Assembly (NCBI GenBank): GCA_021161995.1
Contig: JAGGZO010000073.1
Span: 1-24,000 of the forward strand
Direction: 5' to 3'
DNA from: Candidatus Aenigmatarchaeota archaeon
Lineage (GTDB): Archaea; Aenigmatarchaeota; Aenigmatarchaeia; CG10238-14; SpSt-28
DNA: 24,000 nt
Below are positions 22,416 through 24,000 of the stretch, piece after piece; the stretch's first letter is position 1; each line of letters starts with the position of its first letter. The translations under genes and the position numbers were made by a program. The notes under the pieces were generated by a model. That model was not told the DNA's origin. It did no database searches and was given only the letters and a program-made list of their open reading frames with translations.

Positions 22416-23123
22416 TCATAGTATGATTACTGATGGTAGTTCAAAATCTTCTTTGAGAGCATTTTCTATACTACCTTTGAAAATCTCAGACGAGCCCCCA
22501 ACATCAGAAAAAACGATTATCTGATCTAGCCTAGATACAACTTTTTCATTGAATTTTTCTTCCAAATTCAATAAAATTTTTAAGGCGTCACTCACAGAGA
22601 GGAATTCATCATTTTCTATATCGATGTCTAATAGACAAAGAGTTTTTAATTTCCTTTTTCTGTTTTCTTTTATTGCTTCGTAAACAGATTTAGGCAATTT
22701 TCCCATTGTTCTTTTTGGTAATGGTATTGTTATTGTTTGTCCGAGCTGTGTAATTCTTATACCAGTTTCACATATTGCTGAAAATATCGATGATGCATGA
22801 ATGACTTTTGTTTCAATCCCAATCCCCTTTGCTTCTTCCAATATTGCGTAATGTGATGTTGCAACCAGTGGGTCTCCAGGAACTAATATAGCAACATTGA
22901 TAATTTTTGCTTCTTCTAATATTTTTTGGATTTCATTTTCCAAATCTTTTCTTTTAACTTTTATTATTTCTTTACCGGTTAGTTCTTCTAGTTTTTTAAT
23001 ATCACCTTTCCATAAGTTCGTGTACACTTCCGCATAAACTTTGCCCGATTTTTTTATTTGTTCTAATCCTTTTAGAGAGATATCCATTTCGTCATGTAAA
23101 CCTAAGCCAACAAGGACTAACAT
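22416..23123 (-). CDS. dphB: Diphthine synthase
   Basis: 235 aa. The N-terminus MLVLVGLGLHDEMDISLKGLEQIKKSGKVYAEVYT and the PGDPLVATSH motif belong to the tetrapyrrole-methylase-fold Dph5/DphB family. Confidence 0.85.
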   Translation of the reverse strand: MLVLVGLGLHDEMDISLKGLEQIKKSGKVYAEVYTNLWKGDIKKLEELTGKEIIKVKRKDLENEIQKILEEAKIINVAILVPGDPLVATSHYAILEEAKGIGIETKVIHASSIFSAICETGIRITQLGQTITIPLPKRTMGKLPKSVYEAIKENRKRKLKTLCLLDIDIENDEFLSVSDALKILLNLEEKFNEKVVSRLDQIIVFSDVGGSSEIFKGSIENALKEDFELPSVIIL

Positions 23124-23138
23124 AAACTTATATTGAGA

Positions 23139-23993
23139 CTAAAGCATTATTCTTTTTTCTTTGCCGTTTTCTATTATCAGAAAGCCAGCTTTTTTATTGT
23201 TATATACTTTTGTTGAGAACACAGTTAAAATTCTTCCCTCATGATTCTCTTTGAAACCATCGCAAACTTCATGTCCTCTGACAATTTTTTCAAAACCAGT
23301 AATCTCGATGAACTTTTTTGTTATATCAGGTCCAAATGTATAACCTAAGTTTCTGTACACATTTTCCTTGTAGCCGTTCTCTTCCATTGGATCATTCCAT
23401 AAAAATTGGAGAATGATTTCATCATCCGGTTTTATTATTTGTTCTTTACTTTCTATGTTGATTGGTAAACCACCATGAACAAAAAATATTTTGTTGTATG
23501 AAGTTGAATATGGCAGCAAATCCCATAGCTTTCTGAATTTTTCATATAGTTCTTGTGCTTTGTGGTATCCGAATGATTTTAGTAGCGATCTTGGAAAATC
23601 GTGTGGTATGGTTTCATAACCGTTAAAAATTTCATGATTACCTCTGAGCAGAATTGTTCTGCCTTTTAGCAGTATTTTCAATGTTAGTATTGTGAAGTAT
23701 GTTTCTACTTGGTATAGTCCTCTGTCTCCATAGTCCCCTAAGAATAAAATAGTCGAATTTTTATTTGAAATGAAATCAGATTTTTCAATAATCGTTAGCA
23801 AACTATCTAAGTCTCCGTGTAAATCACCTACGACTATCAATTTTTCTGCTTTCTTTATTTTCACGTGAGGGAAAAATTCTTTTTCTAATATTTCTATGGA
23901 TTTCTCGACAGCTTCATCCATTTCATGGTAAAGGATTTTTCCTACCTTTTCCCTAAAAATCTCTAGATTTGGCTTCATATACATAATATTCAC
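23139..23993 (-). CDS. PPP-family serine/threonine protein phosphatase (metallophosphoesterase)
   Basis: 284 aa. Motifs are GDLHGDL, GDYGDRG, LRGNHE, HGGL and RGHE. Several methionines lie near the N-terminus, so the exact start is uncertain. Confidence 0.85.
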   Translation of the reverse strand: MNIMYMKPNLEIFREKVGKILYHEMDEAVEKSIEILEKEFFPHVKIKKAEKLIVVGDLHGDLDSLLTIIEKSDFISNKNSTILFLGDYGDRGLYQVETYFTILTLKILLKGRTILLRGNHEIFNGYETIPHDFPRSLLKSFGYHKAQELYEKFRKLWDLLPYSTSYNKIFFVHGGLPINIESKEQIIKPDDEIILQFLWNDPMEENGYKENVYRNLGYTFGPDITKKFIEITGFEKIVRGHEVCDGFKENHEGRILTVFSTKVYNNKKAGFLIIENGKEKRIML

Positions 23994-24000
23994 CTTTGAA

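Overview
This is an AT-rich, very compact archaeal chromosomal segment. Many start and stop codons overlap, and several divergent intergenic spacers are only about 35 bp. Short GC-rich islands mark the structural RNA genes. That contrast, the archaeal marker genes (topoisomerase VI A/B, archaeal-type SAM synthetase, Alba, aIF-1A, Rio kinase, eS17, diphthine synthase, ADP-dependent sugar kinase) and the BHB-type tRNA introns suggest a small-genome thermophilic archaeon, perhaps DPANN/Nanoarchaeota-like; this is inference only.

Contents, left to right:
- A glycolytic operon on the minus strand: tpiA, an ADP-dependent PFK/GK, and a class II aldolase that is cut by the window edge.
- trm5, tRNA-Leu, a small hyperacidic ORF that is not in the ORF track, and SRP (7S) RNA.
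- A membrane-proteolysis-like trio: a TM-anchored Lon S16 domain, a degenerate M50-like protein and a YdjM-like protein.
- tRNA-Val, a secreted repeat protein, a shortened Pelota-like protein that overlaps eS17 convergently, and the SAM synthetase.
- tRNA-Phe interrupted by a 638-nt intron that encodes a LAGLIDADG endonuclease.
- A minus-strand super-operon of about 5 kb: NMD3-like, aIF1A, Rio, KH, Top6B, Top6A.
- Intron-containing tRNA-Thr and tRNA-Trp, then Alba.
- A locus of about 6.4 kb (16020-22412) built around a long FlaI/VirB11/GspE-family ATPase. It is flanked by five paralogous small membrane proteins and two coiled-coil proteins.
- dphB and a PPP-family phosphatase.

The two most interesting items are the homing-endonuclease-bearing BHB intron at non-canonical position 30/31 of tRNA-Phe, and the uncharacterised ATPase, membrane-paralog and coiled-coil locus.

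No CRISPR array, transposase, integrase or rRNA gene was seen. All calls come from reading the sequence and ORF translations by eye. No database search was run.
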